Source: Octopus vulgaris
Taxonomy: Eukaryota
DNA: 64,000 nt
Assembly (NCBI GenBank): GCA_951406725.2
Contig: OX597817.1
Coordinates: 72,788,001-72,852,000, forward strand
Direction: 5' to 3'
In this document: piece after piece, positions 27,601-43,676 of the stretch
Layout: each line of letters starts with the position of its first letter
Position numbering within the stretch: position 1 is the stretch's first letter
The notes under the pieces: model-generated
The model's database searches: none
What the model was told of the DNA's origin: nothing
What the model saw: the letters and a program-made list of their open reading frames with translations, nothing else
Translations under genes and position numbers: made by a program

Positions 27601-30600
27601 ATTCAGGATTTGATAACAAAGGAGTGTTGTAATCATGCCACTTAGCCATCTCAGCCGAACCACCTGCTGGTAGGAAATTCCTGTGAAAGTAGACATAGAG
27701 AAAGGAGTTAACATACAAAATGCCTTGAAGAGAGCTTTCCATTATATTTTACAGATGTAATTGTAAACATGTTTTTGGTAAAAAAAAAAAATAAATAAAT
27801 AAAAATTTGGCAAATTTATCTACACTTATTCTGATGAATCAGGGTTTTATTATTTTTTGTGTGTTCCTCTGTGTGTGTGTGTGTGTGTGCGTGTACCTTT
27901 ATATTTGTGTGCACAAGTGTGCATATTTGCATGAATCAAGCATCATGTTTTTGAAGATTTTTGAATTTTACATTGTGGATTTAAATATATAAATTTTATG
28001 CAGTGTTTTGATATTTTTCAAAGAATACTGATGAAGTTACTAACAAGTTGCCAAAAGTGTTGTTTCAACAAATATGATTTTATTTGTTCTCTTAGAATAT
28101 TTTTGCTTATAGTAATTGTAGGTGCTATGAAATGCTTTGTTCATGAAGAGTATCAAATGCCATTTTCAGGTCGTTCTATTTTGTCATAGAAACCAGCTGC
28201 TGTATCACCTAGACTTCATCAAAATAAATACAATTCATCATTTTTATGTGTCTACAATATCTTTCAAAACTGCATAATGAATTTGTCTAAAGCTGCTCCA
28301 GAATTATTGATGACATGACTGATTACAGTAACTTCTGATGTCTGAAATCTATTGTAATCCTTAATTTCAAGTAATTAACATCCTGTCATAGATTTGTAAT
28401 CATTTTATGTTCAACATTGAATAATTAATAAGCGAGAGCATTATCTTCATTAATAAGCATTTTTAACATACATAATGTACAATTTGTTATATTCATGTTA
28501 TGTGTACGAACTAAGAAATAATGAAATTGTCAAAACATGAAAGCTGAAACACTTCATTTAGTATGCAGTCTCTGGTGCAACAGGAATAATCCCAAAAGAA
28601 AGTTGGAGGATAAAAATTATCTTAAATGTTGGTCTAAAGACATGTAGCATCCAGCCACAATAAGTAAAATTCCTATCAAGAACTGATCTCCAGGGTTTTT
28701 ATAAGCCCACCGTAAGGTTCTAGAATGTTTCATGAGCCCTTTAACCATTTAGTGTTTAAACCGGCCATATCTGGCCCAAATATTCTACGTTTTATATTTG
28801 AACTAGCCATATCGAGCCTCTTACACCTAACCTACATTGACATTCTAAAAATAAATAATCACATCATTGAAACCTCAAAGCTATGAGATAATGCATGATT
28901 AATTCAAAACAATTTGAGTGAAAAGGCATTACATTTAACAGTGTAATCTGAACATTAAAGGGTTAAACATGAAAATAAAACATTTCTTTTTTGCCTATCA
29001 CCACCTATCAAAAACTAATGTCAAAACATTCCAGATTTGAATTCAAGGAAGGCTGTCTGCAGCATAGGCATTTCCTACTTCAGAAGTTGTCGACTAACAA
29101 ATTTATTCCATTAATTTTTGTTATACTTGGTAAACAGATTAGGGTTTGTGACAGGAAAAGCATCCAGTAATCAAATCCTGCCTCAAATACATCCCAATCC
29201 AATCCATACTATCATGGAAAAGTGGACTTTGAATGAATAAATGAATGAAGTGGCTAGGACATAGGAGCACAGGACTGTGTAATTTCACATAATTCTGTGA
29301 GTAATTAACATAGCAATATAAGACAATTATAGAATAGCTAAGATTATGTAAAATTATACATAACTCTATTTAGGGTATAAAGTGATCCAATGTACAATTG
29401 TTATCACATCACCATCACTACAACACAATGTGGTTGAGAAATGATTACCATGACTATCAACATCATCATCACCACCACCATCATCATCATGCTGTCCTAT
29501 CATTTCTCTTTTCATTGTCATCATAATTATCAACATCATCACTTCTACGTCAATTTTTTTGTCATACTGACACAATACCATAAATATATAATGAAATATA
29601 CACTTTCGTACACAATATAATATAACGCCAGAACAAAATCCCAGATTATAAAAGAGATCTATTTATATGTAAAATATCAAATAAATGCATCATGAAAGAT
29701 GTATATTACATGAAATAAATGTATTAGTAAATATATCTGTCTGAGCATGTGATACAACATAAATATATTATGAAATACATCCTTGTTTCTATGTTATGAG
29801 ATAAATGTGTTAAATACAATAGCTCAGTACAATATAAAATGTATTTATTATTTAATATAGCTGTCTATTGCTCCATGATAAGGTATGAATATGGCACAAA
29901 ATAACACTATATATATACACACACACACATATATATGTATGTAAGTGTGTATGTGTGCATGCATGTATGTATATACAGATCATGAAATATTGTGGAACAA
30001 AGAGAAAAATAGTGTATTAAATCTGTGTTCATGTGAAAGTCTGTACATGTGTGAATATATGTTTTTAAGTGAGAGTGAATGGATGTATGTGTGCATGTGA
30101 AAACATGACTGTGTCTGTGTAAGTGACAGAGTATGAGAGAAAGAGAAGAAGAAAGAATGAGAGAGACTGAATGTGAGTAAATGTGTGTGTGCATGTTTGC
30201 ATGCATGAATGGGTATGTGTGAGTGAACATACGTGGTTGAATGTACATGAATGAGTAAATATACATACATAAATGTAGAGATATATAAGTAACACATTTA
30301 CACAGAAAGGTACATACATAGATACATGTATATACACACACACATTATCACAAAACAATGTTTTTACAAGTTACTCAAACCCCAAATACTTTTAAATGAT
30401 ACCAAAATTCACTGGTTCAAATTTTGCTGAAAGCCCACCACCCACCCTCACACACACACACGTCTCTAAACCAAGAGAAAAATAGCATTTTATTTAACCA
30501 GGTTGCAATAAATTGCAATTTTTCAGACTATTAATTAACCTCATCTTTTGTGATAAAAAAAAATCGTTTTTCAATATTTACATCTAGATGCTAAAGGTGA

Positions 30601-33600
30601 GTGTAAACAAAACTAATTCTGCTTTGAAACAAAAATGGCTTCTAATAATCACATGCAATTAATTCTTGATAGACACAATCAATCTGTGTTGTACAGGTGT
30701 ATTTGCCAAGCCATTTGATATTCAAATTCCACCACTTCGACATATTGTAAACATGACGCAAGGAAAATTGAGGATATTGTTTAGCCCCAGGTCAACCCTG
30801 ATCAATCAGGGAATTTCTGTCTTCTTAAATGTATCTAAGACTACCTGATCGAATGTGACTTTACTTTCATGAAGACAACAGGAGTGTGACTTGAGGGAGA
30901 TTTAGCTGGTATTTCTTGGTGGCCATCAAATGACAGTATAAACGTTTCCTTGTTTGCACAGGAAAGTTTATTTTTGTTATTTCTTAGCTCTAAGGTTAGC
31001 TCTGATCAAGCAGACCTACAATAAAAAAAATTCCATTTGCAATCAATACTTTCTTTCCTCCAGACACAGAGCATATAGTAAAATAACATTATCCAATATG
31101 TCCTTCCTATTTTAAAACACCACAGTGTAATGTGTGAACATGTGCATGAGAGAGAGATTTGGTTGCTGTTTCTAGCGGGTCAAGTGAACACACAAAGGCT
31201 CCAACGAAAATTATGTTTTACAAGTGTTAGCAGCAAACACATCTGTCTGATTGAAAGCTTAAAGCTAATATTGTTGCTATATGATCTTGGAGAAGGTAAT
31301 AAGAAGCATATCATTCCAGTCATTTAATTCACATTATGACATTTTTCAACAGTAACTTCATTGATTTAAAGAGCTGACGGAAATACCAGACTCATGTAAA
31401 AACATTAGGATTCTACATGAAACACTTACATTCCATTAAATATTCTGGGATCATGGACTATGCAAATACATATTATGGCTTTATGGAAACACAATATTTC
31501 TACATAAACAAACATTGATGAATCTGCAGAATAACAAGAGGAGATGATGATGATGCCACCACCACCACCACCACCACTAGTGGTGGTGTTACTGCCTCCA
31601 CCATCACCACTATTATCATTTAATGTTCATCTTCCATGCTAGCATGGGTTGGCAAGTTTGACAGGATCCAATGAACCAGAGAACTGTATTGAACTCCAAT
31701 ATCTGTTTTGGCATGGTTTCTACAGCTGGATGCTCTTCCTAATGCCAACCATTTAACAGAGTGTACTAGGTGCTTTATTTCATGACACTAGCACTAACAA
31801 TGTTACCAAGTAACCCACAAGACAAAAACCCTGCCTTAACTGAGAAAAGTTGAAGGAGAAAGGGAGGAAGCTTTATGCCAGGCATTGAGAGACTAATGTA
31901 TGACAGAAGTGCAAGCACTGGTTTCTTGCTATGGAGAAGATACTCTAAGTTATATAAGGATGTGTAGGAACAGTTGAAAAGAAGACATTGATAGTAGTGG
32001 TGAGGTATCAAAGCATGCTCTTAAGAGACAAGAAAGTGAGTATAAGAGAGAATACAAAGAATCAAGAAGGGTGAAATCATTAGAGTGTGAAAGAAAAATG
32101 ACAGTTGGTTAGGGTTAGGGATAGAGGTGAATGTAGTGTATCTCATACATGCACACTGATGTTGCGTATTCAATGGAGCATATTAGCTTCATTTCTTTGT
32201 AGTCATTGCATGTCTTCAGCATTCAGGGCCTGTGTCTCACTACCTTATAACATTGCTAATTATATACAGGCATCATACATTCTGCTCTTCCCTCTGAGAG
32301 AAAGACATTTTGTTACAAATAGAGTTAATAGTTCTCTTAACCTTCTCTATACTGCTCGTATAGCAGCAGCTATATTTTCAGGATATCCACCTCCATTGCT
32401 AATTTGGTCACCTAATAACAGAATCTATCTACTACCTCTAAGGAACCTCCTGAGCATTCCAGAACATCTATTTCATGTATTTATTTTAGAGTTTATCTGC
32501 CAACATGAAGTCTACTTTCTCCACTAACCTTCTTGTGATTCCAATGCACCTCTGGCATGTCCATAGATTGCACTGAATACATCATTTCTACCAATGCATT
32601 TCCTACATATTGAGCAGAGAGTAGAATATTGTCTGTTTTCCTAATTAGGACATTGTTTTTGCTAAGTTAACTTTAAGGTCCTTTGATACCAGGTTTTGTT
32701 TTCAAAGATAGAACTTCTTTTCTAATTCTACTATAAGAACAAAACCATCAGCATACATTAGTTCCCAAGGTCTGGAGGACAATGATGAATAGGAAGGAAC
32801 TGAGAACCAAACCCAAGTGAACTTCTACCTGCACTCAAAATTCATTGCTGTACTCATTGTTAACTTTCACCTCACTGACAGCATCTCTGTACATTGCTTG
32901 TATGTTCTCATAACTCATTTGTCTACTCTTAGCTTCCTAAGAGACCACAGATCACAGAGTGAGGGACCCTGTTGAAGACCTTCAGGTTGATGAATACCAA
33001 GTACAATGGCCTACAGCTTACATTTTGCTAAATACATCTGCAATTGTATAACTAGAAAGAAAAAATCAGTAGTACTTTCCCTTGGCACAAAAACCAACCT
33101 AGTACGCTTCCTAATTAGGCTATAGCTCTTTCTGCAGTCTCTCATGACTTGATCCAGCAATTTGATACCTCTGTAATGCTTCTGTTTAACCCTTTAGTAT
33201 TTAAACCGGCCATATCCGGCCAAAATAGCTAATCTGTTTTATGTTCAAACTGACCAGATCCAGGCTCTCACACCTACCCTACAATGTTATTCTACATTAA
33301 GTAATTACACCATCAAGATCTTGAAGATATGAGATAATGCATGATTAATTCAAATCAATGGGAATCAATAAGCATTATGTTTGATAGAATAATCTGAACA
33401 CTAAAGGGTTAAGGTATTCTCCTTTACCCCTATAACAGTTGACTATAAAGCTGCCATGTCACTTGTTGACTATAACACTATCCTGTACAATTTGATTAAC
33501 TAAACAACTGACCAGACTGTACTCAAATCTGCCATATATTTTAAGCATTTCCTCAGTGATACCTGATGGATCAGGAGCTTTACTTGCCTTCATATCCTTA

Positions 33601-36600
33601 ATTGCTTTATACATATTACTGCTTTGACTAAGCTAGCTGATCACCCTGTTGGGAAGACCCTCTTTCTCCCACACATTCTCTACATTTAATAGCGTTTCAA
33701 TATAGCACTTCCATGCCTTTCTTTTCAGAATCTCTAAATGCTAGTGTACCATTATCCATACACTTCTCTTCTTCAACATATTGGTTCTTTCTGATACACA
33801 GTTTTACAAATTAGGATACCTCAAGCCTCTGATCCTCTCACTGTATAACATTAGCAAAACTCCTACTTTCTACTTTATGCCTTGCTATGCACACCTACCA
33901 CCACTTTTTTTTTTTAGCTACCTGATATAATTCTTTGCTGCCCCCATTTTTTCAGTCCTTCCAAACCTTCTCTTTGCTTTTATGACATGATTCTGTCTAC
34001 TACACTGTTCCACCACCAGATCACTCTTGGTCTGCTGGTACTTTGTACTAGCCACAGATTTGGGCCATCACTCTTCCAGTTCTCCTCTTCATTTTACAAC
34101 TCTATCTCCTCCTCCTCTAATGTCAAATGCTTCAATTAGTACTTCTCTAAATTTCTGCTGTGATTTCCTTTTCCTGACTGGTTCGTATCTCCGAGTTCTT
34201 TTAGGTCTAAGTCTGAAGTCTCTAGCCATTAACCTATATTGGATTGTACTTTCTTCACTTGGGAAGGACTTTGCATTTATGAGAGTCTGTCTATCCCATT
34301 TTCTAGTGAAAATGTAATCAATCCATCTTGTACACAAACCAGATTAAAAGGTGACCAAGTGACTGGCTGACTTCTCAAAGTCAGCAATTGTAGATCATCA
34401 GATTATATGAATCACAGAACTCCAAGAGACTTGTTCCCTCTTAATTTCTAGAACCAAAGCCTTAGCCACCCCCCGTACATCATAGAATCCATTGGGGTGC
34501 TGCCAACATGCCTGTTAAGGTCACTGTTATTTGTTACCAAGGTAATCTACAAAAAGGTTTGGTAAAATTGGTCCATTTGCTTATCTACGAGTCCTGATTG
34601 AAGAACATATACAGTGATAAATGTTGCTGTTAATTTTCCAAGACTAGTCTAAGTTTCATTATCCTATTGTACATTCTTGTTACCCCAATCACTTTATCTA
34701 CCCATTTCCTTGCCAAAAGAATGCCCAAGCCTTTCACCTTCATCACTATTACCAACCCAGATGAATATAAATCTTTGTTCCTTGCCATTGAGAAATCTGG
34801 CAGTGGCTTCTCTTCATCTTGCTTCTTGCACACATCTACATGCTTGGTTCCTAGCATTTCAACAATCTCTCCAGACCTACATTTCATTGTGCTGACATTT
34901 ATTGTGGCTGTTCTAAGGCTGGCAACTCAATAGGAAGAGCAAGTGGGTAGCATCTTAAAAGAAGATCTGAGCAAACATCTCCCTAAAGGCAGAGGGAGAA
35001 ATCTAGATTTCTATGGAAAAAAAACTACAGCTAAGTTCTGTAGAAACACTAGCGCACCCTGCATGAAACAGAGCAGTTTGAAGAGCTGATGATAGACTGA
35101 AAAGGGCATACTTACCTAAATGCTCTGTGAACTGCCTGATTGGAAGAAGGGTTGCTAGGAATATGCTGGCACTGACAACAAACACCATTTCAACCTGTTA
35201 AATAAACAAGTCTCAGGAATAATAATAATAAGAAGAAGAAGGAGGAGGAAGAGGAGGAGGAGGGTGCAGAGTAAAAGCAAAAGAGAAAATAATGCCATAC
35301 AAGGAATAGAGTGTCACAGCTTGATGAGGAAAAGCAATATCAATAAATATGCAGTCGCTCAAAGACAGGTTAAGTTTGAACTGCTTATTGTTGAATGGTT
35401 ATAGAAAAGATATAAGCAAGTAAAGTGTTCCAAGGAATAGTGTTTTGCTGCTTTTGCTGTTCTGGGAATAACTATTTAGATTAAGTTTTCAAGTGTTAGT
35501 GAAGATGCTTTGTGTGAGGAGCAAACCATAACAGGGTCAAGAAGAGGCATGGTAGTTCAATGAGGTAGGATTAGACAGGAGCAGAAAATAATTTTCAACA
35601 ATTCTAATACAGAAGTTACCATTGTAAGTAGTAGCAGTAGTAGTGATACCAGGGGACACAATGTATCAATGAGTTGTAGCTTATTTCTGAGTGAGGGTGC
35701 AACAATCAAACAAATGAGCAGTGTAATTTTGGAGTGCGACCTGCAATATTTGCATTTGTAACAGCAACTGCACCATATACCTCGGATATGTGAGTGACAC
35801 TTTAATGTGGAGAATACTCTTGTGCTTTTGAAGAGAAGAGAGGTTACATTAGAAAATTAGCGTTTACAAACATAAAAAAAGGTATGTATTATAATGTTAA
35901 CCCTTCAGCATTCATATTACTCTGTTAAATGTATTGATCATTTATTCATATTCCTTTTAGTTAATCATACATTATCTTGTAGCTTTGAGATTTCAATGAT
36001 GTGATTGCTTATTTTTAGAATGATAGTGTAGGGTAGGTGTGAGAGGCTGGATCTGGCCAGTTTGAACGTAAAATGGATAGAATATTTTGGCTGGTTTAAA
36101 TGCTAAAAGGTTAAACATACAACTGATAAATAAAAGAGGATTAAAAACACCTGAAAAGTAGAACAGTTGACAAACAGTTGTACACAAATACTGAGGAGGA
36201 GTCTATATTAGTCAAACCATACATGAAAAAAAAATATCCTTAGCTTTATCTGTCATCCAGAACATTCCTGTTGTCAAAGGCTAAGGTTATTGCCAATCAA
36301 ACCCCTACTGACCAAATAACCACTACCTCTGTCTTTTCCATCATACTCCTGCTCCTTGGCCACCCTGGTCCTTGTGATATTATTCCCCCTTCCCCTCTTC
36401 TCTACCTCAACCATCTGAGCAAATGTACATGCTGTAGGTTATTGAGTACTCTTTACATTTACTCTCTAGCCCTTCTCAGCTACTCACTTCTGGTTCTTCT
36501 ACTGTTATTGCTCTATCTTCTATTCCTTATTTCAGTTCACATACCTTAGGTTACTGAGTACTCAACATTTGCTGCATACAAGATACCCTTCCCCATACTG

Positions 36601-39600
36601 GTGCTGTGAAACAACACTCCCAAAAGCATTTAAACCCTTAAGAATGATTTGGTGAATGAGACAGCCTTACTTGTGCTGATGTCAGGAAAAATGCAGCCAG
36701 TAAAGTGGTTGGCAAATGAGCAGAGAAAGTGTGGGGTTGTGAGGGCTTTTTAGTCCTATCTCACTGAGGATGCTTTATCCAATATGTGCTTGCCCTTCCT
36801 CTTTTTTAAACATAGCAGGGCTGTGTTATACAACAGAAGCTTGGCAGCAATTTTTAGCAAGTAGATTGACAACATAAAGGCTATAGATCAAAAGTAGTCA
36901 ATTTAGACAGTTGAAACCTCTCAACTTCAATATCTTTTTTTTTTTTTCTTTTTTTTTCTTTTTTTTTTTTTTTCTCCCCCCCCCCCATCCCATGTTCTGC
37001 TGTTATTAAAATAACATTTTTAACTGAAGTTAAAAAGAAGTTCTAAAGAAAGATTTAGCAGATATTGCCAGGAATGCTTTTTAACAGCTGTAATTGCCAT
37101 GTGAATTCAAAAACCCAGTCTTCAGTGAAGCAATGATGATAATTATAATTTCTGATATAAGCACAAAGCTACACGTTTTGGGGAGAGTAGGTATTATAAC
37201 TGATTAAACCAATCCCACTATATGATATATTTTATTGACCCACAAAAGGATGAAAGGCAGAGTTTGAACTCAGAACATGAAAGTGTGCAACTTAGTACTG
37301 CAATGTGGTTGGCTTGTTGCTCTAGCAAGTCTGTAAATCCACTACCTGGCTTAGACTATTTTACAAAATGGTAGTGTCCTCTGAGGAAGGTGGGTTGCTA
37401 CTTCTAGCAGTAACAAATTCAGGTTGTGGTTCTGAAAGCTATGCAAATAGAGATTAAGTTTTATTTAAGAGTGTTTATCTCTGGGTATTCACTCTTTTGT
37501 TACCAAATTTTTGTCGAAATATGCCCACATTTCAAATAATTTTGAAAATAATGAAGAATATATTAAAATAACTTTGTCCTTATTAAGATAATGCATGGAA
37601 TATAAATTAACATGAAGTTTTAATGGGAAATTTTAAATTTAGATCACTTTAAAATAAAGAGTTTGCATCACAGAACCAGGGGAGGTATGATGGAATGAAA
37701 ACAGTTAACCATTGGGCATTCATTATAGGATGTTCACTACTGACTGTTCACCATCGGAATGTTAACCATTGTTCATCTCTGGGAGTTGTGAAAATCAGAT
37801 TGATGTATACCAAACACATACATAGACAAAGGCTAATTTAGTGTTAACATTAAATGTAGGGATCATTAAAAAGCTATCTAGAAATAATTATATTGAAAAG
37901 TGGGATGGAGAATTAGTCAAGTCAAGTATGGGAGACAACTTCAGACAGGTTTTAGTCTTATGACATCATTAGTTGAACACAGATTTACAAGCTGAAGTAT
38001 TAATGGAAGAATCATGAAACAAATAAACACAAAGTTGTATACTTCAAGGTCGATAAAATAAAAAAAAACAGTTGACATCATCAACTAACCTCTCCCTTCT
38101 AAAATCAGTGATTTGTCTCATCATTATTATTATTATAAGTACCAGTTGAACACTGGGGTCAATGTAATTGCCTCATCCCCTCCCCTCAAATTGTTTAGAG
38201 AATACCCCAGATGGTGGATGATATCTCCAAGAAGTTATTGTGCTCAAAACAACTTACATAGGCAGCTTTGATTAATTTCAGTTTACCCATTGTTACCATA
38301 TTTCTATTGAGATGCTCTGTGTTTCTTTCAATTAATTTTGAATATAACAAAGAATTTAGTAAAATAACTTGGTTATCATTAAGCTAGTGTTAGCAACATA
38401 AATTGTGACTAAGGTCTGGTGAAAGATTTTAATTCAAAACTTATGAAAATGAGACATTTGTACTACAGAGCCAGAGCCAGTTTCAGCCGGGTTGGTATTG
38501 AAAGGGTTAAACTTAAAAAAATATAAATTTCTTTCATAAGCACAAATACACAACCATTGTTAGTTTTTTTTCATTTTTTTTATCATTTATTTTTTTTCAA
38601 AGGAGCAGATATATAAACAATAGAATTCATTCCAATATATGACAAATACTTGTGTTATTAATTGCTGAAGGATGAGGCCAAGCTGTTCTTGTTAAGATTT
38701 AGTTCCTTTTATCTTTTACTTCTTTCAATTATTGGATTGCTTCACTCGCCAGAAATAGAAGCCAAATCTCTCTCTCATGTCATATCTTACTATTTTATAA
38801 AAAAAGACAAGCTATATTGGATAATATTGTCCTAGATACTTTAAAAGGGAAAAAAATTAAAAGTGGCTAACCGGCTTCTATGCCAGTGGCACATAAAAGG
38901 CACCAATCGAGTATGATCGTTACTAGCGTCACCTTACTGGCACTTGTGCACGTGCTAGCAGGGTGCCAAGAGCACCATCCGAGCGTGATCATTGCCAGAG
39001 CGGCTAACTGGCTTCCGTGCTGGTGGCACGTAAAAGGGCACCATTTCACCGTGATTGTTACCAGCGACGCCTTACTGGCACCTGTGCCGGTGACATGTGT
39101 AAAAAGATTCGAGCGAGGTCATTGCCAGTACCACCTGACTGGCCCTCATGCTGGTGGCATGTAAAAAGCACTCTTTACACTCTCGGAGTGGTTGGCATTA
39201 GGAAGGGCATCCAGCTATAGAAACTCTGCCAGATCAAGATTGGAGCCTGTTGCAGCAATCTGGTTCGCCAGCCCTCAGTCAAAATCGTCCAATCCATGCT
39301 AGCATGGAAAGCGGACATTAAACGATGATGATGATGATGATGAAGTTGGTCACAACTGGAATACTTTTGATTGTACATTTGCTTTACCAAGATTTACATC
39401 TCATTAGCTGCAAGAGAGCTTACACTTGTAAGAAGACTTGCAAAGTTTTTATGAAACCAATCCCTCCTCCTCTTCTTCTGATTAACTTATTCCCAGCTCC
39501 TTACACACAAAAAAAGAATCTAGAAAAAATGGAAAAGGAAAAAAGAAAATAACATACCAGGAAGTTTGTTGACAAGACTGAGACATCCTTTGACAAGATT

Positions 39601-42600
39601 GAAGCAGAGAAGAATAAGAATATTGGTGAAAATATATATAATAAGGTCATGAGCCCTGTCAGTGGGGGGTCAATTATATTGTCTTCTTGTCCTAAGTGCA
39701 TTCGGAAAGATGAAGCTGTAGGAACTAAAAATAACTGGAGAAGCCCAAATCTGAAAAGAAATAATAATAATAATATAATAATAATATTTTTATCGACCCT
39801 GAAAGGATGAAAGGAAAAGGGCTGTAGTAGAAGACACTTGCCCAAAATACCACACAGTGGGACTGAACTCAGAATCATGCATTTCAGAAGCAAACTTCTC
39901 ACCACCCCGCCACATGTATGTACACACACAATCATCATCATCATCATCATTAGATTGCATGCTTGAGATTGTGTTTGCTCCCTTTTGGGCTTCCTTGTAA
40001 ATTGCTCATCTGCAAGTTATTGCCATTTCCTCTGTCAACAAATCATTCGTTGACTTCACACCTTTGAAGATGTGTGAAACAATAAGAGATCATTTATTTA
40101 CAAAATAAGGCAAGGAAGGGTTATCTGGCTGTAAAACACTGCCTCAACAATATATTTGTCAAACCAATGTTAGTATGGAAAAAATGACACAAAAATAAAC
40201 AAAGGAATATACATATATATTTACACATACATCTATTTGTGTGTGTGTGTGTGTATAAAAATATGTGTATATATGCAATTTTTTGGCAAAAAACTCCATT
40301 GAGGGTTTTTCCCTTTTTCAATTTTTACATGTCTGTTCAACAATTTCACATGACTCTATTCATTAAAACATATTAAAACTTACAGTTCTATATTTAAGAG
40401 ATGAGGAATTATGTACATTATTTACATTTGACAGATATTTGTCCTCATCTTGATGAAGGCTGAAATGTGTTAACAACAAACAAGATGAGGACAAATATCA
40501 GTCAAATGTAAATAATGTATTGAAACTTGCCGGTTTGACTATTTCACATGACTTTATTCATTAGAATTTATTAAAACTTCAGAAGTTCTTACAACTTTCG
40601 TCATATTATTAATGCTTTGCATTTGTTTGTTTAATAAACATTCCTCCTCCTAATAATTTTGCTTTCATTTTGTGATAGACAGCTACCATGCAGAAAATGC
40701 CAGCTTCCAAATTCTGTTTTCTGATTAGGTAAAAATGATTAAACTTTAAACTTCAATAACATTTTTCTGCAATTTTTCTGGAACAAATAAATAGCAGAAT
40801 TGGATTTTATGTGGAAAATACCAAATTTGAAAATTTTGACATAATTTTAATCTCACAATATGTGACAGCAATAGGAAAGGCCCTACAAAAGCAGAGAGAC
40901 AGACAGTTATAGGATGTGATACACACACAGACACACACACATTTAGAAATATATACCCAGGCAATCATGAGTTTAAAATGGTGTATAGTAGACATATGTA
41001 CATATGCATGCATGTATGTATGTATGTATGTGTGAGTGTCTGTGTATGAGTGTTCCTTTGCGATGGACAGCAGAAAGGCCACCTACCCCACTCTCCTTAA
41101 AGCAACGTATTCCTCACACCCACCATTTTCCCCCTTCCTGGGCATTTTAAAAGTTACTTGTGTGTGTGTGTGTGTGTGTGTGTGTATGCATGCATCTATG
41201 TATTTATGAAAGTATGTATGCAGTGTCGCGTGTATGACAGCTGTATTAATGTTACCATTCCATTGCCACACCATCTGTCACTTAGACAATGTTGTTCTCC
41301 CCTTACCTGATATCAGTAACCGTCACTCTGTCACCATATTTCGTTCACACTACTACTCTTTGCACCCTACTCATTTTATCATATAATTTGCTCAACACCC
41401 CTAGGGGGCACATTATAGATTTTTATTGAAATTCAATTAGCGTATTATTGAACTTGATGTTAGTTTAACATGTATGCAATGTTTGGTGAAGATTGGTTTG
41501 ATGGTTTAAGCAGTAAGATGGTAACAGACAGAAATTGTCATTTATATACAAGAGATATATATTGTCGTCATTGTTCAACATCTGCTTTCCATGCTGTGCT
41601 CATCCATTCGCAACCAACACATGACCATACCAGTGCAGTCGTCTCTCTTGCACACCACATTTGATGCTTCTTAAGTTCAAGTTTTCTCTCAAGATGCTTA
41701 CACTCTGTTGTGTATGCACACTGACATTACACATCCAGCAGAGCATACTAGCTTCATTCCTTGCAAGCTTACACATGTCATCAGCAGTCACAGTCCATTT
41801 TTCACTGCCATGTAGCATGGCTGTTCACACACATGTATCATGCATTCTACCTTTTACTCTGTGTTTTTCCCCTGGAATGTGATGGAAGCTGTTTTCTGAA
41901 GATTTTCAGTGTTTACTGCCCCTAAGCATTTGCCACACACAAAAACTATTTTCCCAGTTAGCTTTCCTTTAATATTGCTTTCAAAGGCTTTCTCCATGTC
42001 AACAAAAGCCAGGTACAGAGGTTTATCTTTGGCTAGGTATTTCTAGCATCAGTGGTACTTTTCCCTGGCACAAATCCAAACTGCAAACTTCATCTTGTCT
42101 AGAGTGACCCTCTCCCTAATTAGTTGGGCTATGACCCTCTCCCTGACTTTCATTACCTGATACAACAATTTGATACCTCTGTAATTATTCGTATCTAATG
42201 CATCACCTTTATCTTTGTAGCAGTTGACTATGGTGCTGTACACCAGTCATTGGGTACAGCTCCCTCGTGTATCATCTGATTGACTATACAGGTGACTAGA
42301 CTATAGCTGACACCATCAAATATTTTAAGCATTTCTGTGGTGATTCCTGATGGGCTGGGAGCTCCCCCTGTCTTCATACCCTTAATTGCTTTATCCACCA
42401 AGGTACTGTCAATTCGGATAGCTGGTCCCTCTGTTGGGTCGACATTCGGCAGACTATCTTTCTCCCATTCATTCTCTTCATTTAGCAACCTTTCATAGTA
42501 GTGTCTCCAAGTCTCTCTCCTTGCAGCGTCATTAAATGCAAGTGAGCCATCATCCATGTGGACACATTTCTCTCCTATGGCATCAAGATTCTCTCTCATA

Positions 42601-43629
42601 CACTGTCTTGCAACACGAATCACTTCAAGTCTTTGGTCCTCGTGATGCAGAACATTGGCAAATTCTTTTTTATCTGCTTCCTCTCTGGCTAAGTAAACCT
42701 GTCCCCTAGCTTCCCTTCAGGCAATCTGATACAATTCATGCCTGTTTCTTTTCCCTAATGGCCCTGTCAACTACATATACATACATATATCTATACACAT
42801 ACACACACACACAAACATGCCATGGGATGGTAGAATCAGTGCATTAAACAAAAATGCCTTGTGGTGCTCTGTTCTGTCCTGATTACATCCCTTTATTACA
42901 CTGTTTGACTTAAATGGCAGCAGTCCACTTACTGAAGTTACTAAAAAGAACATTCATAAGGTGCACTTTAGAAATATTTGTGTAACTACCAGCCAACCAT
43001 AACCACTCTTGTGTTTGTACATGTCAGATTGTTCTGTATCTGTAATGCTGACTGGATGCATAATTTCTTCTTCCCTATTGTCTGTACCATGTCTCTTCAT
43101 CTCTCTCAAAACTATTGATCAGCACTGTTGTTAGTTTGACTCTGTAATACTAATTAACCTCTTTTGGTCTATACTGTTATTAGACAACTCCCAAATACTA
43201 ACAAAAATACCATAGGTCTGCACTACAGTTAGTCATGGCATAGTTGTAGCATACAGCATTGACTATGTTAGTTATTTTCCAACTAACCATTGCCTACACT
43301 GTGCTTTTATATTCAGTGTTCTGAAGTTCAAGCACATACACACATACACACACACACATTCTCTGTCCAGCTAGCTTCATAGAATAATTTAATCACCTGC
43401 CTTTGGATGGTTCTCTGGGCAGGAAAATATTAAAGAAGACAATAATAACAATAGTAGCAACAACAAGAATAATCAATGATATTTTTAGATTAAAATAATT
43501 TTAATGCAGTTTATAGTGCATGTAATTGGAATGTATTCAATTTTGCATTTTGTAGATTTGTATTTGAGGTGGTGAAGGGGGTGGGAGACAGAGTCAGAAA
43601 GAGAGATATCTAGAGAAATGCATACAGAG

Positions 43630-43676
<47 letters not shown>

